NCBI RefSeq assembly: GCF_032062105.1
Contig: NW_026937804.1
Span: 372,001-436,000, forward strand
Length of the DNA: 64,000 nt
Direction of reading: 5' to 3'
Origin: Saccostrea cucullata
Lineage: Eukaryota
Below, in pieces: positions 25,741 to 39,931 of this stretch; position 1 is the first letter of the stretch, and each line of letters opens with the position of its first letter. The translations under genes were made by a program, and so were the position numbers. Under the pieces are notes generated by a model. That model made no database searches, was not told the origin of the DNA, and saw only the letters and a program-made list of their open reading frames with translations.

Positions 25741-27309
25741 ACCTCTGAAACAATTTCAACCAATTTTGGCGGGGTTTTATAGATTATATAGTGAAAATGA
25801 ATTATTTCTTTGAAAATCTTCTTTTATGCTCCTGGATGTTAAAAAAACTAAGCAAGCACATACTTTAGTTGAATAAGACTTCCTCTTCAAAAATTGTGAA
25901 TTTCATCACCCCTGGGTCAGGGGTTCTGGTGAATTTTTTTGAAATTCTTCTTCTCTGCTCTGTTAGCGAATATCGCATACAGAATGTGGTCCTTGACTTA
26001 AAGCCCATCGCATATTCGATGATTTGTTTGTAATATTTGCATGGAATTCAAATATATTATTTTCTGGGATATATGTGCGTATGGTCCATCTCTACTTGCT
26101 TGTATCAAAACACATTCTTTGTCTCCATCTCTTAATCGCTGTTCAAATATTCGCGTCTTTCGGCCCACGTTGATTATTACGTGATTTATTGTTTTCGGGG
26201 TATCAAAAGTAAGGTGCAAAAATCGGATGAAAGCTAATTATAATTTTAAATAAAAGAATTGTACTTGAAATTGTAATTATAGTTACAAATTTTTTTTATC
26301 TATACCGCTATAGATTTTTTTGTCAACTTTTAATAAGAATTGTACATGTACATTTTGTCTTTTCGCGAAAGAACTTTTTATATTTTTGTACATGTACAAA
26401 TTTCATGTACAAAAGACAAAATTTTAGGTCGTGTAATTTTATTTTAGACAGGCTGATATCGGCCATCGTATTTTTCTGTCGTTAACCGTTCAATCTAGCC
26501 TTGTGGAACAGCATTGTCATTGTGGTAAGGTCGGGGTACACTGTCCCAGTTCAGCGCAGTGCATCAAACTTAAACATGGATAATGTATTTTTTTCTCCAT
26601 GCGCCAGGTATAAGAAAAGAAAGTCGCCGTATTTTTGGATAATACGGTAGAGGTTGGATTTTCAAAGAACTTTCACTGCTCGACACGGCCTTGAGTGTTG
26701 AGTTAAGATCTAAATTTGAAGCCCTTATTAGGTATATTGTGACGTATCTTTATGAAAGCAACATTGTTAAATAGGACATAAACAGTATAAAATGAACACC
26801 TTTCGCTCATTTATTGTCATAATTAAACTACAAATGGTAAACTACAAAAGAATATTTGAATGGCAAGCGTATGTAGCCATTATTTTCATGGAAAATCACA
26901 GATGTTTCATTTTTGTCATCTACAGTAACAAAAACCAATTGTCCATCCTTTACCAGTTTCTGAGCTAGTGCCCTTGTGACAACACTTCCCAGTTTGTGCC
27001 TTCTGTATTCTGGCTCTACATGTAGCATCCCCATCCCAGCGTATTCATGCTGAACCTCCCAGGCAACAGGACGTCCGTCCTCAGTTTCAATGCAGACTGT
27101 TGGTAAATTACTTATGTGATAACGTATCCATTGTCTCAGGTCTGCGTACTGTTCAAATACGTCCCTAAATGGACATGCGTTTCGTACACTTTCCACGTGA
27201 GCTTGCTTTAATTCGGTTATTTGGAATCCATTGGAATTTTTCTGAAATGACAAAAAGTTAAGCTAGTGTACCAAAAAAAAAAGGATTAATGTTTTTTATT
27301 TCCATTTAT

Positions 27310-28740
27310 TAGGCATCTTGATAGATAGATCCGGGGCGTATATTGTTTTTTGTTCTGTCTGTCTGTTTGTCTGTCTGTTGTCAACTTTAACCTTCGCCAT
27401 AACTTTTGAACCGTGAGACATCATATTTGGTATGCGTACTCCACTTATTAAGTTTTTTTTAATGACACTAAGATCAATGGCCTTGTAACCTTGACTGTGA
27501 CCTAAATGCTAAAAATAGCTTTTTCGATCTTTCGCCATAACTTTTGAAGAATAGGAGATAGAGACTTAATATTTGGTATGCATACTCCACTAATTAGGGT
27601 GAATTCACCATGCATCGGATACCCTTGTACTTTAATAAGTTCTAGCGATATCGCTACCGACGGAAAATTATCAAAATGGAGTTTAACATTTAGTTTGTGA
27701 TTAAAATATCAATTTAGGACACAATTATATGCCATTTATTGAGAAAATATCCCCCAAAATCGAGTTTTTAGGAATAACTGAGAATTCACCATGGATCGGA
27801 CATTGTTTACCATGCATCGGACAGACGGTATTTAGACCGGAAAAAATCATACATTTATCACAGTGCTTTAAAAATCCTTGATATGAATATTTTTTCATCT
27901 TTTATGTAAGAAATAAACCTCAATTTCAATTTAATTGACGATATTATTGCACAAATGTAGAATGATTCAAGAAACCGCAATCTGCCTTAGAAATGCTTTT
28001 AAATGCTTATAATGCGGTAATTCGCGCCTTTTTCTCATGGTTTATCATACTCGGGTTTGTAGAAATAAACTGAGTCAAATTCCAGACGTCATATATCCAT
28101 AACTTGTATTTTGACTGAAAATATAGAGTTTTTATTTTCTTTTCCCGCAAAAAACAGCTGTCAGCTGGGTTCTGTATGAAAATGGTAGTGCTTACCTTTG
28201 CATCGAAAAGTGTCCGATGCATGGTTAATTTGTGTCCGATGTACAGTGAAATTAGCATACTAGAAAAAACCAGCTCTAATAAGAATTAAACAAACATTGA
28301 AGTGAAATTTCTTTATAATTTATGTAAAATTACCGATCCCTGACAAAATTCACCAAAGTCCGACTCGTTCCGTGGAAGTCGAATTTAAAAGAACGATAAC
28401 TCTAAAAATTGCAAAATCATAAATTTCGGGTTATTCCCCTTTGATGATGTAAAATATGACGTAACTTCAAGGCCATTCTCGGGGTATTTTTATCTCAACA
28501 TGATAAACACAATAGGTATCATTAAAAAATTTAAACTTCATCATTAAGACAGAAACAAATAAATACACAGAACTTTTTTGCCTAAAGTTGTCCGAAGCAA
28601 GGTATGTGTCCGATGCATGGTGAACTCACCCTAAGTTTTTTTCAAATGACACCAAGGACCTTGTGACCTTGACCAATATGCTAAAATTAGCTTTTTCGAA
28701 CTTTGTTGCCGCCGGGCGCATAGAATTTCACAAACATCTT
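27310..28740 (+). mobile_element. HINE-like element in copy 3 intron 4, interrupted by a MITE
   Basis: (GTCT)n, two internal units CTTCGCCATAACTTTTGAA...ATATTTGGTATGC, 3' end GCCGCCGGGCGCATAGAATTTCACAAACATCTTGTT. Confidence 0.6.
27597..28631. mobile_element. 1035 bp non-autonomous TIR DNA transposon with TA target duplication
   Basis: TIRs GGGTGAATTCACCATGCATCGGA / TCCGATGCATGGTGAACTCACCC, TA on both sides, internal copies of ACCATGCATCGGACA in both orientations. Confidence 0.85.
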
Positions 28741-29360
28741 GTTTTCATTCTTATGTCGATACAATATTTTCCGGTAAGCTTGAAATAATAAATGCCACAA
28801 AGCCAGACACATCTGTTCCATATTTGGATATTTTACTAGAAAAAGCATTAATGGTCATCTTACTACAAAGTTTTGTGATGAATTTAACTTTTCAATGGTC
28901 AACTTCCCTTTCTTATGAAGCAATATACCTTCGTTACCTGCATACGGGGTTTCTAGTTCCCAGTTGATTTTTAGGCAAGGGCATGCTCTAAGTATGAACA
29001 ATTTCTAAAGCGAAGTAGATTATTGACGGAGAAATTGCGGAAACATGGATATCAGCAGTCTTGTTTAAAATCATTATTTTGTAAGTGCTATGATCGATAC
29101 AATGACCTAGTCAACAAATACATTTTATCATTAAGTCAAAAGGGGACAGACGTTTTTTATATTAATGGTAAGACCATTATATACACTCCATCTGAAATTT
29201 TCTGATCATGACAATGAGCACATGGCGGGGGGTGCTCACTCCTCCATGGCACGTGATCCCAACTCTATTTTTTTGGAAGTCTATGTTTGCTCTGCTCCAA
29301 TTTCGAATTATTTAATGGACTTTTGAGCTTGAATATTGTTCGTTATCTCCATACATTCCA
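28741..29360 (+). mobile_element. Naiad-type RT 3' fragment
   Basis: HSYVDTI, YLDILLEK, GYQQSCLKSLFCKCYDRYNDLV and the 3' tail. Confidence 0.75.
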
Positions 29361-31084
29361 TTGCTTATAGAAAAACATTAAATGTTTGAAGCCTTAGCCA
29401 ATGTGCAGTAAATATTGTTACTTTATTTAAACTGTAACTAGTATTATTTCTTACAGAGGGATAATCCTATTAGGAGGAAGTGTAAAGACGTATGCACTTT
29501 CGTCTACTCTGTGAATTGGACTGGATTCTGCAGACGTAAATAGGTTAATCAAGGAATCTATCACTTCCTTGGTGCAGCCTGAAAATGAACAGGATATCAA
29601 ATAACCTGTTAATATTAAGAGGAATCTTTTTATCGACATGAACTAGTTAATCCTGCATGTTAAATGTTGACCATTCGACTGGGAATGTATGAAACATACG
29701 GAGATAACTAACAGTTATTCAAGATCAAAAGTCCATAAAACAATACAGGATAGGGGCAGAGCAAACACGGACCTCCAAAACATCACATATCTCCCATGCT
29801 CCTGATACCAAATATGGAGTTTTAAGGATCTATGTTTTTGCCCCTTTCATGGGGTGTATTATTTATAAATTTCATTCATTTAAAAGAAATCAACTGGTAT
29901 TTAATTTTCATGCAATGTCCTGCTATACCGTATAAAAGCCAGTGCCACGAAGGAAAGCTTTCATTCATTAGACAAACTACTCCCATGTAAAAAAAATACT
30001 TTCAATTTTTTTTCAGTTTAATTACCAGCAATGATGAAAGGTGATGCTAGCACTGATGAGGCATGGCGCAGCAAGTCTTCTAGGGATTGGCAAAAATCTG
30101 AACCTTTACAGAAACCGATTGCCCACGTCATAGTCACCTTTTTCTTAAAAAAAAAGTAGAAATGCCTTCATTCATAGAAAAATTGAAACTCAAATACTAG
30201 TATACATTATAAAACATACCTTGCTATCAACAATAACAATAGCAGAAAATTCTGGCCAGCTGTCCACCAGGACTATTTTATCAGTCAGTATTCCTCTCCT
30301 CAACAATTTGAAGTGAGTGTAAGCCTTGAAATAACAATATTTCATATACCAACATAAGTTTAAAAGGGTGGTAAAATACAGTATAAGGAATTATAATAGC
30401 ATATATTGTTTTATTTGTCAGCAAACACAATTTATCATTTTTCATAGTGAATGTCAGGCCATTATTTAACACTGAGTTGGCCGCGAATTTTTCCGGTGTT
30501 TTTTCCCGAACATGATAAAGAGCAGGGTGGGACGGGTCAGAAGGGAATGCCCACTTCTCCATGGCATCTGATCCCACCTCTGATGTTTTAGTGATCCGTG
30601 TTTGCTCCGCTCCTATTTTGTAATGTATAATGGACTTTTGAGTTTGAAAACTGTTCGTTATCTCGACATAAATATGATTTAAAAATTGCCTTCATTGTCG
30701 TTTTCAATGAAGGGAAATTATTAGTATTTCTGACAAAATCAAGATTCATTAAGTGATTAAAAAGAACGCAAGGATACAAAACATTTTAGACTTAAAAATG
30801 CAATCTCTACTTATACCATGAGGTGTTGTAGCGAAGCGAACGATAACTCTGGGTAGAGATTGTTAAAAATGAAGAAATAATAAGCAATAGTCATACATAC
30901 ACACAAAGAAACCGGTAAGGCAGCCTCTAATTCCTTCTCTAACTTGTCATACTCTGTTGGATCTAACACCCGAACCGCCATCTCGTCGTATGATTTCAGA
31001 CCCGTGACTTTTATCCTAGATACAGGAGTACCTAAGCTCCCTGTCATTTACGTTATAATACACAAGTTTATCTTTTAAAAAAGA

Positions 31085-33365
31085 TATGTGAGCTAGGCTT
31101 GATGTAAAATGTGGAGGATGGAGTTTCCAAAATGGAGGGTCAGAAAGTGCAAGAGGTGGAGCCTCTTGAGTTAGATGATGCAGGAGGTGGAGCATTGTGC
31201 TTGTTGTAAATTTAGCACGTTCTTATTAAATCTGTCATCTCATTTTCCGATATTCATGAGAACTTGTTAGAGTGTTACATTATCCAAACAATTAAAAAAT
31301 AATTCCTTTGAAGTTGACTGAATGAAACTCAGTTATATTCTCCAACTTTATTTTGTGATGTTCGTTTGACAGTATCTGATGTCATTTGTTTATGAAGTCC
31401 ATAAAACACAAAATGAGAAAGAAAGAAACAGGAAACAAGTAAAAAATTAATGAGCACCACATAGGGGAACACCTTTTTAAAGATAACAGAGACTGCTGCC
31501 GAAGCTGTTCGAAGACACTGTCCGATGTTTGAAATGTGCCGTGATATCATTATTCACTCAGAAATATTATCCCAATAACGTGTATCTACTGCACACAAAA
31601 ACATTTTAGAAAAATCAAAAATCATTAGTTAATAAATCACTAAATGAACTGATTGTTATATTAGAGAACTCGACCTGACTATTAACTGTTTTTTTTCTCT
31701 AAAAAGAATGAGAAACAAGCAACATGATAAAGAAACAACAAAAATGACCTTCAGATATGAGAAACAAATGAGGGACATGCAGCTTGTGCTTTTGATTTAA
31801 ATTTTGTTACGTGGTATAACAGATGCTCAGTGCAGTAGAAACTGTCTGATTCACACAGCTATCTCGCAGTAACCCATGAGGTCTTGACAGATTTTATTAG
31901 TAGAGGTATCAAATATCTGAAGAGCAAAGAGTTAAAAGAGACAGTCCTGTTATTTGAAAGCTTCAAACAGCTATGTTCATTGAAATAAATAAAAATCTGT
32001 CGTCCATTGATGAGAAACAGCTCTATCCATCCAAGATTGACATCCCCTTTTTACATTATCTTTCATAAGGTTGTTTCCAGAGTGTCTAAGTGTAGCATTA
32101 CTTTTATAAGTGTTTTGTTCATGCATGTTTACTGTCTTATGACATCTAGTTAAGAACTGTTTCTACAATGCTGACATTATATACATTAATTTTTGATTCT
32201 GCATAAGACTCAGTGCATTGTCTTACTAAAATTTCATTCAAGGAGAATTTAAGGTACTTCAATCCTCATGTGATGTCTTTGGTTTTTTACAAAAAAATTT
32301 GATAAACTTAATCCATACCCAGTATAGAAACTTTTTGAAGATAGCTCTTTAGGTGTGATGAAAAATATTCTAAGTAAAAGAATTTTAACAGTATATATTT
32401 TTCTTCTTTTAATCTATTATCTATCTTTTAAAAATAATGCTACGGGTTATAACTCTTTCTTGTGTATCTTCATTCAGGCATTTTCTTTATCGTACTTCTA
32501 ATGTAAAATGTGTTCCCTGATATTCACAATTTGAATATATTTATAAAGATAACTTATAATGGAGCTTTCAACGTCAAAATGATATATTTGAAGCAAATTT
32601 TACATTACTTATTTTTAGTATCAAATTTATCAAAAATGCACAATTATTTTAATGCTGTCTGTTTATTTAAGTCTTATATGTTTGAAATATTGCAACATAT
32701 AAATATTTTGTAATTATTAGTTAATTCAAACCACAGTATATGTGGGTTTTTTTTTTTACAGTGGAGTTTTTAATTGAAATACTGAGTTTAGTTTCATTAT
32801 ATTATACGTATTTTAAAAGATTTTTCTTTGCATTTTAAAGAGACAGCAGAAGAATTGTTTTATTTGCAAATGAGATGTTTCAGGGTTTTAAAATTACTGT
32901 CAAAAATGCAAAAAACATTGTATGAACATTAAATAAAAGAAGAAATGTCAGTAAGCTATTTTAGATTTATAAACTAAAGAAAATATTAAATCAACATAGT
33001 TAAATTATGTTTTTCATTATTCTAGAAATTGAAAGCAGTGTATCATTATGTTTTTTTTAATTGTCAAAAATAATGCATTGTTATTCATAAAGGTTTATTT
33101 CAAGCATTTTTATTCACATGATATGCTAACTGACATAAACATTGAGTATACTATGTATATGTTCATATTTTTTCATTCATATTTTAAACTATCTCACCGT
33201 AACATAGTCAGTAAATACATACAAAAGTATTGAAAAATTCAGTAAATACGTGTATTTCTTAACGGAAAACAATAAATACATGTTTTTCCGAAGTGAATAG
33301 GAATTTCATGTATTTCCTAAAATTCAGGAAATACATGAAATTTCTGAATACACATTTTTACTGTA
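31085..33365. mobile_element. Possible decayed CACTA/EnSpm-like insertion
   Basis: Right end TTTTTACTGTA with clustered AAATACATG/CATGTATTT subterminal repeats (33240-33365). No matching left end found; sequence is absent from other array units. Confidence 0.3.
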
Positions 33366-33630
33366 ACATATGTATACCCTAAAGTAAAAATATAAAGATA
33401 AGGAAGAGATGTCAATCTCATAGTTCCATACATGATAATTTCAATTTTCCAATCGTCAAATTCCCTTCCTTATGTGGCAATAAATAAAAAGACTATTTCT
33501 TCGCCAAGTGCCCGTCAATAACGTAAAGGTCACGGTTCCTTCGGATGATAAAAACCAAGGTCTCTTTGCCGATATATTGATGCAATCAATGAATCTGTCC
33601 TTCAAATATTATCACACTTAAACAATGAAA

Positions 33631-35182
33631 CTATAAATGGTAAACTTCAAAAGAATATTTGAATGGCAATCGTATGAATCCATTATTTTCATGGAAAGTC
33701 ACTGATGTTTCATTTTTGTCATCTACACAAGCAAAAACCAATAGTCCATCCTTTACCAGTTTCTGAGCTAGTGTCCTTTTGACAACACTTCCCAGTTTGA
33801 GCCTTTTGTACTCAGGTTCGACATATAGCATTCCCATCCCAGTGTTTTCATACTGAATCTGCCAGGCAACAGGACGACCGTCTTCCGTTTTAATGCAGAC
33901 TGTTGGTAAAGTATCAATTTGATAACGCATCCATTGTCTCAAGTCTGCGTATTGTTCATATTCGTCTCTATGGTGCCATGAATTGAGAATATTTTCCACG
34001 TGAGTTTGCTGTAATTCAGATAACTTGAATCCATCGGGAATTTTTCTAAAATGACAAAACAGTTAAAACAAACACTAGTTTGCAAAAAAAATATGATGGT
34101 TTCTTAAAGCAAAAATATGAAATTTTGAAGCCTTAGACAATGTGTAGTAAATATTGTTATTTATTTAAACTGTTACTAACTAGAATAAATTCTTACAGAG
34201 GAAGAATCTCATCAGGAGGAAGTTTATAGACGTAAAAAGCTTTGTCTCCTCTCCGAATTAGACTGGATTCTGCAGATTTAAATAAATTAACCAAGGAATC
34301 CACCACTTCTTTCGTGCATCCTGACAAATCATAACCATGTTGATATTAAGTTTATAAAATTGACAGCTGTTCTCATGAAAATAAAAACATTAGACACAAG
34401 AACTAAATGTTGACTGACCCTTGGGAATACATATTCCTCCTACGCTCCTGATCCCACCCCTTGTGTTTCGAAGAAAGCATGTTTTCCCTGTCCACAGTTC
34501 ATATTATTGATAGGATTTAGGATGAACGATTACTGTTGGTTATTATAATATGAGTTTATTATATCTATGAAAATTTACCTGCAGTGGCTAAAGGTGATTC
34601 TAGCACTGTGGAAGCATGTCGCAGCAAATTTTCTAGGGATTGGCAAAAAATTTGAATCTTTACAGAAACAGATTGCCCACTACATATTTTTCTTTTCTTA
34701 AAAAAAATAAGTAAACATTAATTTTTAGCAACATTGAAACTTGAATATACAACATAAGACATACCTTGCTATTAACAATAACAACAGCAGAAAATTCTGG
34801 CCAGCTGTCCACCAGGACTGTTTTATCAGTCAGTATTCCTCTCCTTAACAATTTAAAGTCATTGTAGGCCTTCAAAATAATAATATTTCAAATATTTTGA
34901 AAAAATCATCTTTCCAACTATGTACATGTAGTTACATGGGCGGTAATAAAAAAAAAATTGGCTTCATAATATTGTGTTCAATTAATGGATATTATTAGTA
35001 TAACAGACAAAGTCAAGTTTAATAAGTGATATAAGAATACATAGATACAAGACATATATAGATCATAAAGTAAAACAATAATAAGTAACTATCATACATA
35101 CACACAAAGAAACAGGTGAGGCGGTCTTCAATTCTCTCTCTAACTTGGCGTACTCTGTTGGGTCTAACACTTGCACCGCCAT
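33631..35182 (-). CDS. GLYAT-like copy 4, ORF open but with compensating -1/+1 frameshifts in exon 3
   Basis: Exons 35182-35102, 34869-34765, 34696-34579, 34320-34197, 34045-33631. Exon 3 reads KRKICSGQSVSVKIQIFCQ instead of KKxTxxWAIxFCKDSxFCQ. Confidence 0.7.
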
Positions 35183-35337
35183 CTTGTCCTATTAGAACCT
35201 AGCCTGTTATACAGAAGAGAGATCTGGATACCTAAGCTTTACGTACTAAAACCCTACTCAAGGGGATGAACCAAACACATTGGATTACGTCTGACATCCT
35301 TTTGAATTTCTCCATACATGAAACACTTTTATAAGTA

Positions 35338-36992
35338 CGAGGGTTGTTCGAAAAGTTCGTGGACAACTGTCATATCTTTTTTATTTGACGTCATATGTTA
35401 TCCAAATTTGGTAGAAATATTTTAACAATAAATCCAAATGATTTGTATTAATTTTTTTCAAAATATTACGATTTATTTAAAACTTATCTAGATTTTAAAA
35501 ATGCAAAAATCGGATAGCGGAGCAGGTCAAAATTTAGTAAGTTACAAACAAAACACTTAATAATGTCTGAAGTCATATTCTCTGTAAAATGGAGCAAAAA
35601 CGAAAAACAACCTAGAAATTCAAATTAAGAATTGTTACATCGATTCGTGTAAAAAATTATGGCTTTATATTTTGCTTTGTTGAAAAGCAATCGACTTGGG
35701 AAGATAAGTAGTCCTTATTGAAAACGACAAAAACGATGACGTTTTAGAACGTCACGGAGCAGCAGATAACGATGCAGTTTGTGTTTTCCTTGGGAAAAAT
35801 CCTGAATAAACATTAATAAAGTTGGAGGAATCGAGAAATATGTTACAAGTGAGCTGTGCATGTATGTACAAATACTACAGGCAGTATTTAAGTGACAGAG
35901 ACTCAGTATCGGATGAGGAAAATCTGTGAAGAAACGGTTTAACTTTTAAAATCTGAACAAAAACTTTGAAAAGTTGGAACGGCAAGAAAAGACATGGGCG
36001 CTTCAGAGTTGCTTATCCTGTGAAAGCAGAGTTAAGTAATAAAAGCAATCAAAACCTTAACAAAGGAAATTATACAACGAGAGCAATTCTTAAAAAATAA
36101 ATTCTTTCAAATATTAGAAAAAGGACTTAATGAATGGACATTGGATTATACTCTGTGAAATGTGTAGGGATAGTATTTTTTAGAAATTCTTGACGCTATG
36201 TTTTGACGTTACATTGCCGTTAAGTGTGCTCCGCGGGTACAAAACATGTTGATTTTAAACTGAAGTAAATTAATTTCTGTTAAATCGAATGGAATGAAAC
36301 TTCACACATCAACAAAACAAATATTTTAACATATTAGATTGTACTTATTTTAAAGAACTATATGCGGTATTAACCAACATTTGCCCCCCAAAATCAAACT
36401 TTGATGGAGTAATATTCAATTAAGTCCTTAAACAGGGGAGTATATGCTGACTTCAAAGCACTCAATAATTTCATAAGTAATGACGTCATATGTACGTAAT
36501 GACGTCACAAATATGACGTAATTTCAGTTTTTTTATGAATTTTGCAGAAAAATGTACATATTTCGTCGATATTTTAAATAAAAGTCACCGAGCGCATGTG
36601 TGTTCAGGATAAATATTTTGATATAATGTGTAGAATGAAAATATCAATGAAATATGTCAATGTTGTTCCTGAACACACATGCGCTCTATAAATTTTAAAG
36701 CTTAAATTGTTGAAATTTTGTCCATTTTGTCCTCTTTCTGAAAAAGGATATAAAATCGGACTAGTTTGTGACGTCATAAAAACAGAAATTGTGAATACAC
36801 TGCTCTGGAACTATAATATTTTCTGTTAACTTATATTTCTCGTACAATTTATTGAATTCAGCACATTTCAGGAAGTTTTCAAAATTTGACTTTTGTGGGG
36901 GCAAACATATGCAATATACCGCATATAGTTCTTTGTAATGAGTAATATAAAGTAGACTGACATCGTCCACGGACTTTTCCAAACAACCCTCG
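35338..36992 (+). mobile_element. Degenerate mariner (Tc1/mariner) element
   Basis: TIRs CGAGGGTTGTTCGAAAAGTTCGTGGAC / GTCCACGGACTTTTCCAAACAACCCTCG. Inserted at TA; the empty site is seen at ~48090. Decayed HTH CVFLGKNPE*TLIKLEES...YKYYRQYLSDRDSVSDE. Confidence 0.85.
36354..36932. mobile_element. Kolobok-like non-autonomous element nested in the mariner
   Basis: TIRs AGAACTATATGCGGTAT...TTTGCCCCC, TTAA on the left flank, several TGACGTCA motifs, perfect 20 bp internal inverted repeat 36590-36609 / 36667-36686. Confidence 0.65.
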
Positions 36993-37179
36993 AATATGTA
37001 TATGAATATATTATCGTTCCCTAGAAAAGGAAATGCACTTTCTGCCTGGGCCTTTGTAATTAACTTTATGAGATTGCATAAAATCTATACTGTTTAATAT
37101 TATTATTGCATAATGAGAAAACACTGTGCATGTGATATCAAGGGGAAAGAGCCTACTTCTTGTAAACCCGAATTCTAAT

Positions 37180-38780
37180 ATCAATTTGAAATAAATAATC
37201 GGGGTCATCAACATCTTTATAAACATTTCAATTCGCCTGACCACTCTATTCTTTCAATGAGGGTTAAATTTTCAGGAAAAATATATCATCCAACTAATAG
37301 CCCTACTTTGAGAACTCCATTCCGTGGACAGCGTTAAGAATGCTAGATCAGGAAACTAGGCACTGTTTTTCCATATACTCAGTAGCTGCAACGGCCATAT
37401 AAATAATGTAGGGAATCTTTCAAGCCCACAATATGCCAGTGTGATTGTTATGGGTCTTTCAACAATGCACAAAGATGTACGAGTAGTCATGGACATCGAT
37501 CATATAAAAAACCTAATATACATAGTGTATCTTTTGATTCACTTCTGCTTAACACCAATAAACCATTAGGTTTTCATCACATTCCCAATACAATTTATTT
37601 AGATAACTTAAAATTTTAAATTGAATATTTGTAGAAGCTATAGCAAATTCACAGAATACAAGCTAATTTTTTATGATTATGGATGTTTCCTAGCACGGGC
37701 TCCCGTAACTACCACGTGTGTTGGTAACTAATTCTTCATCATAAAAAGTTCACCATATTTCAAGTTGAAATATACACCCTGAATTTTCTACAGATATTCC
37801 CAAACTTTTCAATTATATATAAACCCTACAGTGTTTAGATATTGAACATCTAAAACAACATTCTATTAAGTGTTTTCACACATCATTAGTGGTGATGTTA
37901 AGCAACCATTGTAAAAAGGTCCTTAATACAATGGAACACGGATCTTTCAATTGACGACAAAACCTCATTTCGATTATGAATTTTGTCGAAGATGTTACCA
38001 AATGTTGTCAAAATATGGAAAGTCCTGAGCACTTTGTCAGAATGGATTAATTGTCCTAGATATATACTAAATTAAGATTGCAATTAGAAAATTAAAATGG
38101 AAAATGCGGGCCATCTATCCTTTCCTCTTCACTACATTTGGAGTGATGAAAAAGTTAGAGAAACTCCATGATTAATATGTTATGGTTCCAGCAGACGAGG
38201 CTTGTAACCATACCGTATTTTCTTGAAAGGCTGATTATTATATCTGTATTTGGACTTGTGCTAGAAAAAGACGTTTATGGTAACCTATCATAAAAACTTT
38301 ATGATAATAGTGATGACTTTGTCAGCTTCCCTTACTTGTGTAGATATATACACTTAGCACCTAAATATGGGATGTATGTTTCTCAGTTAATTCGATAGGC
38401 ATGAACATGTTATACATACGTACAATTTGTCAAACGAGGTAAGCTATTGACAAACAAGTTAATGAAACATGAATATCAACAGCCTTGTTTGAAGTCATCA
38501 TTTCGCAAGTTTTCTGGTCGATACAATGGCGTTTTAGTAAATCTATCTATCGTTAAGTCAAATACTGACTGATATTTTTTATACGTATTGTTAGGCCAAT
38601 TGCTACGGATTTTCTGTTTCATCTGATCATGACAAGGAGCACACGGCGGGTTTGAGAGGTTAGCAGGGGGATGTTAACTTCTCCATGGAACCTAATTGCA
38701 CCTCTGATATCTTAGAGGTTCTGTTCCTGATTTGCATTGATTTGATAGACATTGAGCTTGATTGCTGTTCGTATATTTCA
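37180..38780 (+). mobile_element. Naiad Penelope-like element remnant (GIY-YIG EN, then linker, then RT C-terminus, then 3' tail)
   Basis: KHFNSPDHSILSMRV endonuclease block precedes the KLFNY..QCLDIEHL / HII.GDV linker and SQLIR-type RT end. Internally deleted, many stops. Confidence 0.75.
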
Positions 38781-39931
38781 CTGATATCAACTTTTACTAG
38801 GAGTTTCTTGTTTCCCGTTTAGACTGACGTAGGTGTTAAGTAGACTATAGAAATCGGAGCTTGCAACTATACGCACTCCAATGACATTTGAAAAGTTGAT
38901 AACATAAATCCTGCAATTTGAGGCCAGAATGAAACGACGCCTCTTCGGTGTCAACTTAAGTTCTACATTTTTCGATATGCTTGATTTCATCTGATTATTC
39001 TTTTTTAATGTTACTTTAGTACAAATGAATTCTTTTATATTTAATCATTTGTCAAAACAACATAATAATTTAAAACTGTGGTAAGGACAATAAGCAGTTT
39101 TTAAAAAATGAAAGAAAGAAAAGAAACCCCTTTATTGGACCGAGAGAAATTCATTCAATTATTTTTTTCTCCAGTTTTAAAACTTGTATATACACCTTAA
39201 TGAAAAAGGTAAATATAACGAAGAGTTGTCCTTCTCATAGTTCAATTAAGAAACAAACAACAATATTAAAATGTTCTCTGGGAAATTCATTTCGTTGGTA
39301 ACATGATCTTATTCTGTATATTAATATATTTGAAGTCAAAAGCGGTGGTTTCGCCTGTTTTAATCTACATAACTTCAAAGGAATTTCGGGTTAAGAAGGT
39401 AAGAGCGATTTTAGCCGGGGATAATTATAGTATTCAAAATATTCTACACACCGAAGGAAGATCCATTAAACATCTGTTGGTTGAAAAATATTCATACTTT
39501 TCAAATATCTTATTTTTTTCTTTCTATTAACTCAGAATTTCTGTCACAGTGCAACTGTATGGTTTCGGAACTATGTAGCCAAGATATCATTTCGCTCTGT
39601 GATTCGGTCATGCTATGACCTTTGACCCCTTAATCAGTTCATACAGCATTGAACATATTTTCTCTTCAATAGGTTCATTTAAGTAAACTGTTTCCAAATG
39701 TAATGGGTAGTGACTATTCCTTAGACAAGCGCCGGGCATCAAAAGTGATGATCACGGGTCTTTCGGATGAGACCTTTAAAAATACCAAGGTTCCTTCCCC
39801 GATATATTGTGACGTCTCCATATGATTGTGACGTCTCCATATGATTGCAAAATTCTCGAATGGGACATAAAACAAGAAACAATCAGTCAATCAATCTGTC
39901 GTTCAAATATTATCACAATAAAACAATTAAA

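Larger units (their letters stand above)
26828..30981 (-). pseudogene. GLYAT-like copy 3, 1-nt deletion at the start of exon 5 (pseudogene or assembly indel)
   Basis: Exons 30981-30901, 30324-30220, 30143-30026, 29578-29455, 27241-26828. The last exon is 414 nt instead of 415, so the spliced frame reads KIPMDSK*. Confidence 0.7.
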
